Shown: positions 50,359 to 62,006 of the stretch, in pieces
Layout: each line of letters opens with the position of its first letter
Numbering within the stretch: the first letter of the stretch is position 1
Assembly: GCF_018350175.1 (NCBI RefSeq)
Contig: NC_058378.1
Coordinates: 65,348,001 to 65,412,000 of the forward strand
Origin: Felis catus
Lineage: Eukaryota
Length of the DNA stretch: 64,000 bases
Reading direction: 5' to 3'
Translations under genes and position numbers: made by a program
Notes under the pieces: generated by a model
What the model saw: only the letters and a program-made list of their open reading frames with translations
Told to the model about the DNA's origin: nothing
Database searches by the model: none

Positions 50359-50625
50359 CACATGTTACCCTTGAAGAATGAGGTAGATAAGATCAAGCAT
50401 AGAAGCAGGAAGAACTATGCCACTATAGCAAAAATTGCATTGAGCAATGACAGTGGCAAGGAGTAGGAAGAAGGGAGTACACATATAGAGAATTGGATGG
50501 AGTCAAGAAATATTTAAGTGGTAAATAATAAAGACTGCTATCCTATATTGGTGGTGTAAGGGAGAAATAAGTCAAAGAAGACTCTGAGGGTTCTGGACAG
50601 TGAATAGAGACACTACAAGTGGACA

Positions 50626-51101
50626 GGGCACCTGGGTGGCTCAGTCGGTTAAGCACCTGACTTCGGTTCAGGTCATGACCTTTCAGTTGGTGAGTTTGAG
50701 CCCTGCATCGGGTTCTGTGCTGACAGCACTGAGCCTGGAGCCTGTTTCAAGATTCTGTGTCTGCCGGTCTCTCTGCCCTTCCCCTGCTCACTTGTGCAAG
50801 CTCTCTCTCTCTCTCAAAAATAAACATTTAAAAAACTAATGGGGTGCCTGGGTGGCTCAGTCAGTTAAGCGGCCAACATCGGCTCAGGTCATGATTTTGC
50901 GGTCCGTGAGTTCGAGCCCTGCATTGGGCTTTGTGCTGACAGCTCAGGGTCTGGAGCCTGTTTCAGATTCTGTGTCTCCCTCTCTCTCTGACCCTCCCCT
51001 GTTCATGCTCTGTCTCTCTCTGTCTCAAAAATAAATAAACGTTAAAAGAAAATTTAAAAAAAATAATAAAAAATAAAAAATAAAAAACTAAAAAAAAAAA
51101 C
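50626..51101 (+). mobile_element. Can-SINE (outer) with a second SINE in its A-tail
   Basis: TSD cactacaagtgga at 50611-50623 and 51102-51114. Confidence 0.94.
50841..51080 (+). mobile_element. Can-SINE (inner)
   Basis: ggggtgcctgggtggctcag head. TSD taaaaaactaa at 50829-50839 and 51081-51091. Confidence 0.95.
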
Positions 51102-52617
51102 CACTACAAGTGGATAATGTTATGACTCGCTGAAGTATAAAAGAGGGCCAGTTGGAGGTAATAAATATGTTTTTAGTTCTAAACTTACAGGGTTTCAGGT
51201 ACTGGTCTAGCAAAATAAATGTAAAAGTCTCATAAATATGGAATCAGTAGGAAAATTGTAAAAGCAAAAGAGTACCTACCCTTAAGTCAAAAGGGACTCC
51301 AAACTTTAGTATCCCAGGAGATGCCTTCTGCTGGCACGTAGGATACAGTAGGTTATATCAGCCATCCCATGTAACCCTGCAAGAATCAGGAGAAACTGTA
51401 TAAATAATACACATATATTTAAAGAAATTAGAACACTGTGTGAACAGTGAGAGGCAAATGAATTGAAATTCTGGAGACAAGGGAGCCCATCCAAGTTGAA
51501 TTGGCCATGACTGACCATTTTCTAGAAGGGGACATTTGCAGAGTTTGATCAGGGACTGAGTATCAAGTTTGGTTTCCACAGCTTTAATGAAATGGGAGGA
51601 AAAAGAGAGAGACCTTGGCAGACAAATGGGTATGAGGTTGAAAACCTGGAGAGCCTTGAATGAGCAGCCAGTGTTCCCCCATTGGGGCATTATTTGGGCT
51701 CCAAGGTTGTGTTCCATAGGCTTGAGGAATAGAAAGCATCTTCTAAAAGGCACAAGGAAAGCTCTTATAATCTTTCAGTGCTTCATAGGCAAAGTCCTAC
51801 CAGAGGGAGAGGCTGCCTTAAGGACACATTTGTCTCTCCAGCAGACACGTGTCCTATTGAAGCCTCAAAGAAAGGGGCCAAAGGGCAAAGTTCAAAACTT
51901 CCAAAGGATAGAGCTGAATATCCTTCATTCTTATTTTGGGATGAGGAAATAGAGACATACCAGGAGTAGAACAAAAAGTCAGGGAAGTCTCTGCATGAGG
52001 AAGAGGGGTATAAACCAGAAGTAAATTGACCCTCCCTAAAACATAAATCATAACCTGACTCAGCTATCCCATGTTGCTTGATGGTATTGGCCCCTCACCT
52101 TATTTAACCCTAAATACAAAATAGACAAAATATAAACTCACTCCTTAGATTTAATAGAAAACTTGATAAGCAGAAGATAGGATTAATGAATTCAAGGAAA
52201 AGTAATAGAAAATATTCAAATTGAAGCATAAAAAGAAAATGAAATGTTAAAATAAAACAAAATAAGAATATAAGGAACATGCAGTGTACATGAATAAAAT
52301 ATATAAATCATTACATTTACAGACATTGAAAATACCTTGTGAAATTTTGAAATTATAAGAAATAATTTACAAATGAGATAAAATTGTCAATTCCTTCAGA
52401 ATGCAATTTATTAGACTGAAAAAAAGATTAAATAGAAAATCTGAAGTATTATATGTGAAAAATAATGTTATCAATTGAAAAAGTATTTCTTACACAGAAA
52501 ACTCTATATATGTATGTGTATATTTCTGTGTATATATATATATTATATACATACATATACATCATAAACCCACATATATACACACATGTAACAAAGGATT
52601 TGTATTTAGATACATAT

Positions 52618-52749
52618 GGGGCACCTGGGTGGCTCAGTCATTGAGCATTCAACTCTTGATTTCAGCTCAGGGTATGTTCCCATGATTCCTCTGCCCCTCT
52701 ACCCTGCTCACACTCTCTCTCTCAAATAAGAATAAAAAATAAAAAAAAG
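52618..52749 (+). mobile_element. Short, internally deleted Can-SINE
   Basis: ggggcacctgggtggctcag head joined directly to ctctgcccctc and tail. TSD core ggatttgtatttag at 52596-52609 and 52750-52763. Confidence 0.9.
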
Positions 52750-52879
52750 GGATTTGTATTTAGTATATAAAAATAAGACCTACAAATAAATTAGAAACAT
52801 TCTGACAAACCGCTACATAAATGGATAAAATACTTGAATAGGTACCTCACAGAAGAAGATATTTTGATGATGAATAAGC

Positions 52880-53052
52880 ATAATTTTTATTGTAATAAAT
52901 ATTTCACTGTGTATATTTTTAATTAAACATAGATTTATATTTATATATAACATATAAATATAGCATACTTTATATTTATTATATATACAAATATAATTTA
53001 TTATATAGTATATATAATATATAAATATAATATATATATATTTATTTATAAA
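52880..53052. repeat. AT-rich/(TA)n low complexity
   Basis: Directly visible. Confidence 0.85.
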
Positions 53053-53442
53053 AGTTCTCAGTAACATTAATAGTCAGGGAAATGCAGACTAAACTCACAA
53101 AGAGACACTACTATACTTCCAACCAGAAGAGGTGAAATTAGAATAACAGAAATTACTTCCTGCTGGTGAGCCTGTGGAACAGGAATTCCCACATAACAAT
53201 GAGTATAGTGTTAATTAGTACACTCATTTTTGAAAAAGTGAGACTAAAGTGAAACACACACATTCTATGACCCTGTGATCTCATTCCTACATAGCTACCC
53301 AAGAGAAAAAAAGTGCTCATTTTTAATAAAATGTATGCACAGGAACCCAAGAGAAATTAGCACTATGTCCCATAAAAGGTATATAGTAAAATTTCCATTC
53401 TGTAATTATAATAGTAGAAAGTAGAAACAATATGGGTGTCCA

Positions 53443-53679
53443 GGGGCACCTGGGTGGCTCAGTCAGTTAAGCATCTGACTCTTGATCTTGGCTTGGGTCA
53501 TGAGCTCACGGTTCGTGAGTTTGAGGCCAGCATTGGACTCTGTGCTGACAGTGCAGAGCCTGTTTGGGATTTTCTCTCTCCCTCTCTCTCTCTCTCTGTC
53601 CTTCCCCCACTAGCTCACGGGCTGGCTCTCTCTCTCTCTCTCTCTCTCAAAATACATAAATAAATAAACTTAAAAACAA
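53443..53679 (+). mobile_element. Can-SINE
   Basis: ggggcacctgggtggctcag head. 20-bp TSD with 2 mismatches, agaaacaatat(g/t)ggt(g/a)tcca, at 53423-53442 and 53680-53699. Confidence 0.96.
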
Positions 53680-54029
53680 AGAAACAATATTGGTATCCAT
53701 AAAAAAAGGAACTAATATAATACATTGTTCCATTCCATGTACAAAACAAAACACTGTACAGCTATTTAATAACAGGGATGAATGTCACAAATGTGATTTT
53801 GAGCAAAATAAACAGGATATAAAAAGGCACACAACGCGATTCCACCTACACAGAGTTGAAAAACAAAAGTAACATGTGGTACCAGAGATCAAGATAGGTA
53901 TTATTTTAGTGGAGACGCATGGGAGATTGACAATAGTCTATGGGTTTATCTAGGTTGTAACTCCATGTCACCCTATCAATGGGTAAAATGTCATGAAACT
54001 GAACACAAGATTTTTACCTTTTAGCATAT

Positions 54030-54423
54030 GTGCACTAGTGTGCCCGGGCTGCCATTACCAAATACCACACAGCATAGATGGCTTACACAACAAATATATT
54101 TTCTCACAGTTCCACCATCTAGAAGTCCAGGAACAAAGTGTTGACAGGGTTGGTTTCTTCTGAGGGCTCTCTCCTTATCATGCAAATGGCTTTCATATCA
54201 CTGTGTCCTCCGATGGTCTTTCCTCCATTGCCTCCAAATCTGTGTCCAAATTTCCTCTTCTTATGAGAACACCAGTCACAGTGGATTAAGGCCTCCCCTT
54301 ACGACCTCATTTCACCTTAAGTGCCTGTTTAAAGCTCCTATCTCCAAATAATCACATTCTGAGGTACAGCGAGTTTGAACTTCAACGTATGACTTTTGAG
54401 GGGACACAGTTTAGCCTATAATA
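54030..54423 (-). mobile_element. MaLR solo LTR (MLT1B-like)
   Basis: gggctgccattaccaaataccac...ttttctcacagttc...tagaagtcca...cagggttggtttcttctgagg...aatttcctcttcttat...cacattctgaggtac...gggacacagtttagcc. Confidence 0.88.
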
Positions 54424-54479
54424 GTATGCAATTTATAAATCAATAGGTAAGGAAAACATATCAAAATAACGTTTAAAGG

Positions 54480-55090
54480 GCAGGCAGAAAAAAACCTGGA
54501 AATAAAGACTTGGATGGAACAGCTTGGAAGGAGAAAACCAAGAGTTTGTGGTATCACAGATTCAAGGAAAAAGTGTTTTTGAAAAGGGGATGTGTTCACA
54601 TGTCCCCAATGCTCTAAAGAGCTGAATGAGAATGAGAATCTGGAAGTGTATATCGGCTTTATAAAAAAAGGAAGGTCATCCTAATCTTCAGAAGAGCGGT
54701 TTTGCTGCAGTGCAAAGGGTAAAAGACTTATTCAAGTGGGTCAAGTAGGGAAAGGATGATCAAAGAGCAGAATAAGATAGTGGAGCCACTTTATTTGAGA
54801 GGTTCACCTAGGAATAAGAAATGAGATGGCAGTAGCTGGACGGAAACATGGGCTTGAAAGTTGTCATGATTTTAGCTTTGGCTTTGGTTTCTTTGTTTTT
54901 ACAACCAGAGAAGATTTTTGCATTCTCAACGGCTGGTGAAATGCAGGCGACTGGGAGGCAGCAGTTGAAGGTATGGGACCCAGAGGAGACACTTGCTTAG
55001 ATGCTGAAGAGAAGTTGGGATCCAGGGCAGTGACAGAGCAGTTTGTGTTTGGAGAGATGGGCAGCTCCTGCACTATAGAGATGAAAGATG
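54480..55090 (-). mobile_element. L2 fragment
   Basis: gaaaaccaagagtttgtggtatcacaga...caaggaaaaagtgttt...aatgagaatgaga...ggaaggtcat...gcagtagctgga. Confidence 0.65.
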
Positions 55091-56810
55091 GAATAGAGGG
55101 GATTTTAACTAGAATCTTATCAGTAGTGGCCAGCCCTCATGATGTTTCATTTGCAAATGATGACAATGAATGCGTCCTGTTCTCAGTCATCCATACTGGA
55201 TGATTTTCCTCAGCTCTCACCAGTACTTTGGATGTGGCCAGAGGGAAAGACAAAGAGTTGGGGGCAGCGTAGTGGTGTAGAAGAACCATTTTACTGGAAT
55301 AAAGTCACTTATGCTCACAAGAAGTCAAGGTGATACAGGCTAATGTACTTCATGTGTATAGGTTAGGTCTAGTTTATCCAAGAAAACATTGAAGATCCTA
55401 TTAACTATCTTCCTCACATTCACACGGCTAATAAAGAGTGAGTCAGAATGTGATTCACTAAGATTCTACAGAACTATTACCTTTAACCACTATACTATCG
55501 TGAATAAAAACTATTACCTCAAGCAATAATTTTATGTTAAAATATACTTAATATGTGTAACAAAGAATGTGTAATAACAAGAAAGGTTTATATAGTAAAG
55601 TTAAACAAAAAAATCTCAGATTCCAAAATTAACCACATGACATTGTCACAACTACATCTAGCATAATGCCAGGCACTTAGCAGATACTCTGTAAATATAT
55701 GCTGAATAAACTGTGTTTAAAACATAGAAAATACCAAAACAACACAGAACTGAATGGTTTAACGTGGTTAATCTTTGGGTAAGGGTGATTACCTTTCCTC
55801 TATTTACCATATTTTTGATTAATTGCTATGGAGGGCTTTTAAGGAAACAAACAAAAAAAATAGGAAAAATAAACTGAGAACAGTCTTTCCCAGTGAAATT
55901 GTACTACCCTCCAATAATTAAGACAGTGTATCCTTTATTATTCTCCACTCCTGTGGCTACACTGTAGGGAATAAATTTCTGCAAGTTGCCACTGAGAACT
56001 CCCTGTCTGGGGTCTGAATGCCAAGCTGTGGAGTAGATTCTGGACTGATGTAGTAAGTTGACCCAGGACCACTGCTTTCCATGAAGGGGTAGTACACAGA
56101 CAAGAGCATATACAGGTCTGAACCATCTGGGGAAAAGCCCCAGAACTTAGACATTTGCAAATCTATTACACAAGTAGCTTCAAGAGTATGTAGACTGGTT
56201 CTTATAGGCAGGCTTTTTAACCTTCCTGAGAAACCTGCAATTATATGGGGAACTAAGTGAAAATTGTGTGAAGATAGCAGAGAACAAAATCATCTTCTGG
56301 TAGAATGTAAATAGTAGTTTTAGAAGAGGAAGGGGGGAAGAGGGAAGAGAGGGAAGAGAGAGGTTTAAAGCATTTTTTAATAATGGGCAAAATTTGTTTT
56401 CTATTCCATATATCCAGGTGTTTTTGTTATTTCTGGAGCTTTGCAGTGAACTCAACTGCAAATTAACAGAAGAGAATTAATGTTGGCTGAACTAGAGCAA
56501 ATAGTATGTATTTGCAGAGATTTAATATAGTCCTCAACCCTTCCCTCCTGCCTCCTTCCAGCATGCACCCATTTTCCCTGCAGGGAAATCTCATGTACAC
56601 ATTCAATAGCTCTTCTTTAAATGCTTATTTATTTTCAATTCCTTAATCTCACTGTTAATGCTTGCCTCATTGAGTTTCATTTAAGGTGGGAATTTCTATA
56701 TTTTTATTACTGAGGACTTGGAGCTTTAAAGAATCACTTCTTGCTGCATGTAATTTTTAGTTTAAGGAAAGAGGATCCCAATGCAGTTTTTAAGTTGAGA
56801 ATCCCTTCTT

Positions 56811-56826
56811 TTTTTTAAGTTTATTT

Positions 56827-56867
<41 letters not shown>

Positions 56868-57024
56868 AAGGGATGGCAAAGAGAGAGAGGGAGAAAGAAT
56901 CCCAAGCAGGTTCCACAGTTAGCGCAGAGCCCAGTGCAGGGCTCGAACTCATGAACCATGAGATCATGGCCCAAGCCCAAATCAAGAGTCAGATGCTTAA
57001 CTGACTGAGCTACACAGCACCCCC
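56811..57024 (-). mobile_element. Can-SINE
   Basis: T-tail, (GA)n, reverse head. TSD aagttgagaa(t/g)cccttctt at 56792-56810 and 57025-57043. Confidence 0.96.
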
Positions 57025-57199
57025 AAGTTGAGAAGCCCTTCTTAATCAGGTTGCCTGAGGGATATGCTCAGTCACCACCCACAATCGGTGGGTGTTACAG
57101 CTATGCCTTTTCAGAAACATGCAGTTGCCTCTAGTGTTTCTCTTTCATTCCAGTCCCATTCTCTCAGAGCACTATGTTGAGGACTGTACTGAGGGTAAG

Positions 57200-58090
57200 T
57201 CCTTAGCAATGGGAGTGGCAACCTGGAATGTCTCTATAAAGGACAATTGGACTATAGCTTTCAAATTTAAAAATAAAGTCTTTGGGGTGCCAGGTGGCTC
57301 AGTCAGTTAAGCGTCCAACTTCAGCTCTGGTCATGATCTCACAGTCCATGAGTTTGAGCCCCGTGTCAGGCTCTGTGCTAACAGCTCAGAGCCTGGAGGC
57401 TGCTTCGGATTCTGTGTCTCCTTCTCTCTGCTCCTCCCCTGCTCATGCTCTGTCTCTCTCTGTCTCAAAAATAAAATCATTTAAAATTTTTTTTAAAAAA
57501 ATAAAAAAAATGAAGTCTTTGATTTAGCAATTCTGAATACAGGTATTTATTCTACAGAAGCGTTTCCAATGTCTTTGTCATAAGAGATGTAAAATTATAT
57601 ATGTATTTGGATATTAGTCGCATAACTGTAATTACAAAATATAGGGAAAAATTGGTTTACGTGTAAGAAGACTGGTAAAATAAATTATGCTATCTTCATA
57701 AAATGGAATACTCTGCAGCTGTGAAAAACAATGAGGTCTCCGGGTGGTAGTTTTAAATTAAAAAGTCATCTATAAAGCAATGTGAGAAAATGATAAACAC
57801 AAGGAAAATACACACACATATATACAACACATCTAGATATATACATACACACATACATAGATCTCTTGTTTTATATGTAATTACTGAATGATATTATTAA
57901 ATGCACAGAATACCTTTAGAAAATAAATAAGGCAATAGTTGTTGCTTTCAAGGAGAAGAACTGATTAATCTGGGAACAAAACAGGGAGGGACGCATACTA
58001 TATACTTTATTCACTTCTGTGGTTTTGAATTTCAGTCAATGTGCATGAATTGTCTATCCAATAGTTAATAAATAAAATAATATTAAGATA
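57200..58090 (+). mobile_element. L1ME-like 3' fragment with SINE insertion
   Basis: tttgatttagcaattc...ggtaaaataaattatg...aatggaatactctgcagctgtgaaaaacaatgag. Confidence 0.7.
57284..57505 (+). mobile_element. Can-SINE (SINEC_Fc-type)
   Basis: ggggtgccaggtggctcag head. TSD aaaaat(a/g)aagtcttt at 57269-57283 and 57506-57520. Confidence 0.96.
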
Positions 58091-58569
58091 AAGTGCACAA
58101 TGATTAGAGACCACTTATTTTAGTATTGTCATCCCAAAGAAACTCGTATAAAGCCAGGGATTGCCTAGGCCTGTATATCCTGTGTATCATCCAGTCACAG
58201 GTAGGATGATTCAGGTTAGGCAAATGATTTAGCTGTCTTGTAAGAGAATTTTATTGGCCTATTCACTTTAGCATCTTATTTGTTTGCATTTCACACACGC
58301 ACACACATGCACACACATACAGTTTTCTATATATGTGTAAATGCATATCTTTCCATGTATATATGCATATAAACAAAATAATCATATTAGTAGCAATAAT
58401 AATGTTGCAAAAGCCATCTTGAATGTGAAACATTCAGAATTAGGCTCTTTATATGTATGGGCCTGATAAAAAGAATGATCACATCACTGAAAGTCAGGAG
58501 AAGGAGAAATCAGATGCTAGGATCTAATCACCACCATTCATTTTATATATTGTTTCAGGACATTAATAA

Positions 58570-59375
58570 TGGCATACAGTTTAGGATGAGTGGATATTTC
58601 TGTTGGGCTGACCCTTTTATCATCATTAAATATTCTCCTTAACTCTGGAAATATTTCTGATCATAAATGTTTCCTTTTTTAATAGTATCAAGGCAATACT
58701 AACTTTCTTTTTGGTTAGTATTTCCTTGATGTGTCTTTTATCTTTCTACATCATTTTATTTCCACTTTTTCTATGCCCTTATATTTAAAGGTATTTCTTA
58801 TTATGAGAGTTATTTTCTTCTTTTCTAAATCCTATAATTTTTACCTTAATTAGAGAACTTGATCTATTTTTATTTAATTAATAATATATTTGAGCTAAAT
58901 CCACCATCATAATCTATGCTCTGTAGGAATATACATATTTTTTTCATAGTCTTGCCTTCTTTTGAAACAATTATGAATTTTAAAAATCACTCCATTTCCC
59001 CTCTAATAGCTTGCCTGTTACACATTTCCTTAATTCACTTCTACATTTCTTCTTGTCTTGTCAGAGTATATAAAAAATTATTACTTTTACCACTTCCCCA
59101 ACAACAAAAAGATTTTATGACCCTTACTTACAACATATATTAAAACTCAAAAACCATTATCGCCATTGTTTTAAACAGTCTTTATTTATTTAGATCTACA
59201 TACAGACTCATTTTTTAAAACTTGTTTCATCTTTCATCTGAGATTATTTTTATTCTAGCTAAATGACTTCCTTTGTATTTCTGTTAATGTGAGTTATTCT
59301 AACACAGGCTACTACATCATGGCCATAAGCAAAAGACGTAGCCATTGTTCCTTCATTTTGAGTTCAATGAATATT
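58570..59375 (-). mobile_element. Old L1M fragment (antisense)
   Basis: T-rich L1 antisense text: ctttcttttggttagtattt...atatttaaaggtatttctta...ccttcattttgag. Confidence 0.55.
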
Positions 59376-61079
59376 TATTGGATCTGGCTCTTTCTCTAAC
59401 AGAGGGAGAAGATGGTAGATGAGAAGGAATTGCTTATAATAGAACAAGGATAACAGACCTGTGGCCAGCTTACTATATTTAAAGTAGAAATGGATAATAG
59501 GGGCATAAAGAGGCATAAGTCCTTTTGGAGAAGGCAGAAAGAAGGGTAAGTACTTTAAATAGAGGCATAGTCCTTTTGGAGAAGTACAAATAGAGGGAGG
59601 AGTAATAATGAACATCATAGAGGACAGTGATGAGGAGTGTTGACTCTTGTATCTGCAGATCTAAGTCGAAAGTTCAAGTCTTTCCTTGTAAACTGGGTAC
59701 CCTAAGGAGTAAACAAATAACACTTGTCTAAACTTCCAGTCCCAGTCCTAAAATAAGAAAAATAATATTTCACTTTATGAGATGAATATGGGGATTAAGA
59801 TAAAAAAATAATATATCTAACACAGCACATAGAAGCTCCATAAATCATGCAATTATTAAAAATTCAAGAAAGGCTTCATTTACCTTGTATCATTGGAGTT
59901 GCCTTTGCAAAATAAGTTAAATTTTCAGTGGAAAGATATCAGAAGTAATAATCTACCTGGTGAAGAATCAGCAAGAAAAATGGTCTGAGGTCTGAACGAA
60001 ATTACTATGTTCAGGGCACAGCAAAGAGTTAAGGCTGTGATGCCCTGAGCTACCTAGTGGGACACAACTCTGCAGGAAGGTGTTTTGGAACTTCATCATG
60101 AAGGGCTTTAGGTGCCTTGAGAAGTAATGATTCATGAAATAGGCAGATAACCTGCAGTGGAGATTTGTGCTAAATGAATAAAGCATCATTATGGATATTT
60201 GTACAGCAATGTTACACTTGACCATCTTCTCAAACAAGTTCAGACTTGTTTGCTAAAACACATGGCACAGAAAGAAGGAATCATTCACATCTTCTAGTTC
60301 TGTGATCCTCTGCCCACAACTCACCTCCAATGCCAGCCACCTTAGATTGAACAACATAATAAAAATTTCAGATGGATTAGAAAAGCTCCATATCTTTTCC
60401 CTTAGAAGGTTTTAGACTGGCTAATCCAGATTCCCAATTTCTCATTGACAAGTACCTTTTCTTCCTGTGCAAACAATGGGGAAGAATACATCTTCACTAT
60501 TCCCCTTCCCAAACTACCCCCAGTCTCTTAAAGAACAACCTTCAGCCTTGTTTATGCACAGTATATAAAAATCATGCCACAGTTATTATAGAAAACTATT
60601 TAGAAACACAAGTTTGCAAATCAAAGATTCACGAAGGGGATTACATTTTCTGTTTTGCCAACCCAGTAGACTGTATTTGCCATCAAATGGCAAATTTATC
60701 ACCTCTGGTGATGAGCCAAATCTTGTGGAATCAGAACATGACAATCCACCCATGGTTTTGGGTGTAGAGGCAAAGCCCCAACGTCTGCAAACAATTCTTG
60801 CAATTTCTCTGCCCACACTGCCTTCTTTTCTGTTGGAATGAGTTTACCCTTTCGTATGTCAGTTAATGATTTGAAGGAACCCACAAAAAAAAAACCTCAT
60901 TTATTCGTGCTCCAAATCCTTTGCTAGTATTCTGTAAATGCACTACAGTAAGTAACAGGGAATGATCTGAGAAAGTAATATTCTCATTATACTTGGGGAA
61001 GGGGGCAGCAGATGTGGTATAAAACATCAGAAGGATTGCTCTCTTGGGAGCATTTAAGAAGACCCTGTGTGAGGCTTAC

Positions 61080-61450
61080 AGTTTTCAAAGCATTATGGCC
61101 AAGATGGCGAATGGTCTGAAAACTGCTGAAAGAAGAATATTGGAGGAAGAGGACTCTTCAAGGGGAATGGAGGGCTGACAGGACGTAAACAAGAGGGTCC
61201 TTATTCAGTATATGAAAGGTGCCATGGGGAGGAACAAGTTGGCTTGTTTGATACTGCTAAAAGCCAAAGGTCAGTAAGTATAGTTTGGTGGATATGGTCA
61301 GTCAGAGTCATCCAGAAATAGATAGGGATATAGGGAACTCTCTGTGTGAAGGTCAACTAAGGCTACATGGCCATTCATTTGTAAAGCCATAACTGATACT
61401 GATACATGTGACTGAACTAAATCACCTTGGAGGTTGTTTCTAACACCAAA
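61080..61450 (+). mobile_element. CR1/L3-like 3' fragment
   Basis: ttcagtatatgaaaggtgccatggggagg...ccttggaggttgtttctaac resembles the L3 3' end. Confidence 0.4.
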
Positions 61451-61714
61451 GTACTATTTCTACACTACGATGTACTTTGGCACATATGTAGGGTCCCTTT
61501 ACTGTTATTCCTGTTTCCTCTTTTTCTGTCCATCTCTTCTTTATGTTTTCAGAGATGTCTAAAATCCTGGAAACCCTTTGATTGGCACTACTGGAGATTC
61601 CTCAAGCCTCAGCAGTTTTTTTTTTTCAAAATATGTTCTTAGATTCCCTATTCAAAAATCAACCAAATAGCTTATTAAAAATATATATTTCTGTGCCCTA
61701 CTGTACACAAGCTG

Positions 61715-62006
61715 AAACCAGATCCCTGTAGATGGGTCCCAGGAATATGCTTTTAACTAGCCTTTTCAGGGGCACCTGGGTGGCTCATTTGGTTGAATCT
61801 GACTCTTGGTTTTGACTCAGGTCACGATCTCATGGTTTTGTGAGTTCGAGCCACACGTTGGGCTCCATACTCCATAGTGCAGGATTTTCTGTCTCCCTCT
61901 ATCTCTGTCCCTTTCCTACTCATGCTGTCTCTGTTTCTCTAAAAATTAACTAAAAAATAGTTGTCTTCCAGGTGATTCTTATACCCAACTAGGTTTGAGA
62001 ATCATT
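61715..62006. mobile_element. MER5A-like MITE interrupted by a SINE
   Basis: gggtcccaggaatatgcttttaac [SINE] ccaggtgattcttat...aggtttgagaatcatt. Confidence 0.65.
61769..61958 (+). mobile_element. Can-SINE
   Basis: ggggcacctgggtggctca head, gagttcgagcc B-box and tail. Confidence 0.93.

Larger units (their letters stand above)
52130..54028 (+). mobile_element. Fragmented old L1M/L1ME (ORF1 piece, ORF2 3' part and 3' UTR) with SINE insertions
   Basis: gaagataggattaatgaa...atagaaaatattcaaattgaagca (ORF1-like); gtcagggaaatgcagactaaactcacaaagagacacta; ctatgaccctgtgatctcattccta; gggatgaatgtcacaaa. Confidence 0.7.

Noticed and set aside
51230-52110. ORF cluster (up to 131 aa) in purine-rich sequence
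   Set aside because: It lies just 5' of L1 ORF1-like sequence and is probably an old L1M 5' region. There is no protein signature and I could not assign a family.
5640-57527. Recurring ORFs of the type MAQSVK...AQVMISQ...SGSVLTAQSLEPAS that look like a gene family
   Set aside because: These are translations of Can-SINE copies, not genes.
59509-59584. Repeat-spacer-repeat pattern reminiscent of CRISPR (also 23924-23985)
   Set aside because: Only two units, mammalian context and no cas genes.
60675-60695. 9-bp-stem hairpin atttgccat-caa-atggcaaat
   Set aside because: Too short for a pre-miRNA and expected occasionally by chance in 64 kb.
5629-61958. tRNA-like A/B box heads (tggctcagtcggttaag ... 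gttcgagccc)
   Set aside because: They are tRNA-derived SINE heads followed by SINE body, CT tract and A-tail, not tRNA genes.
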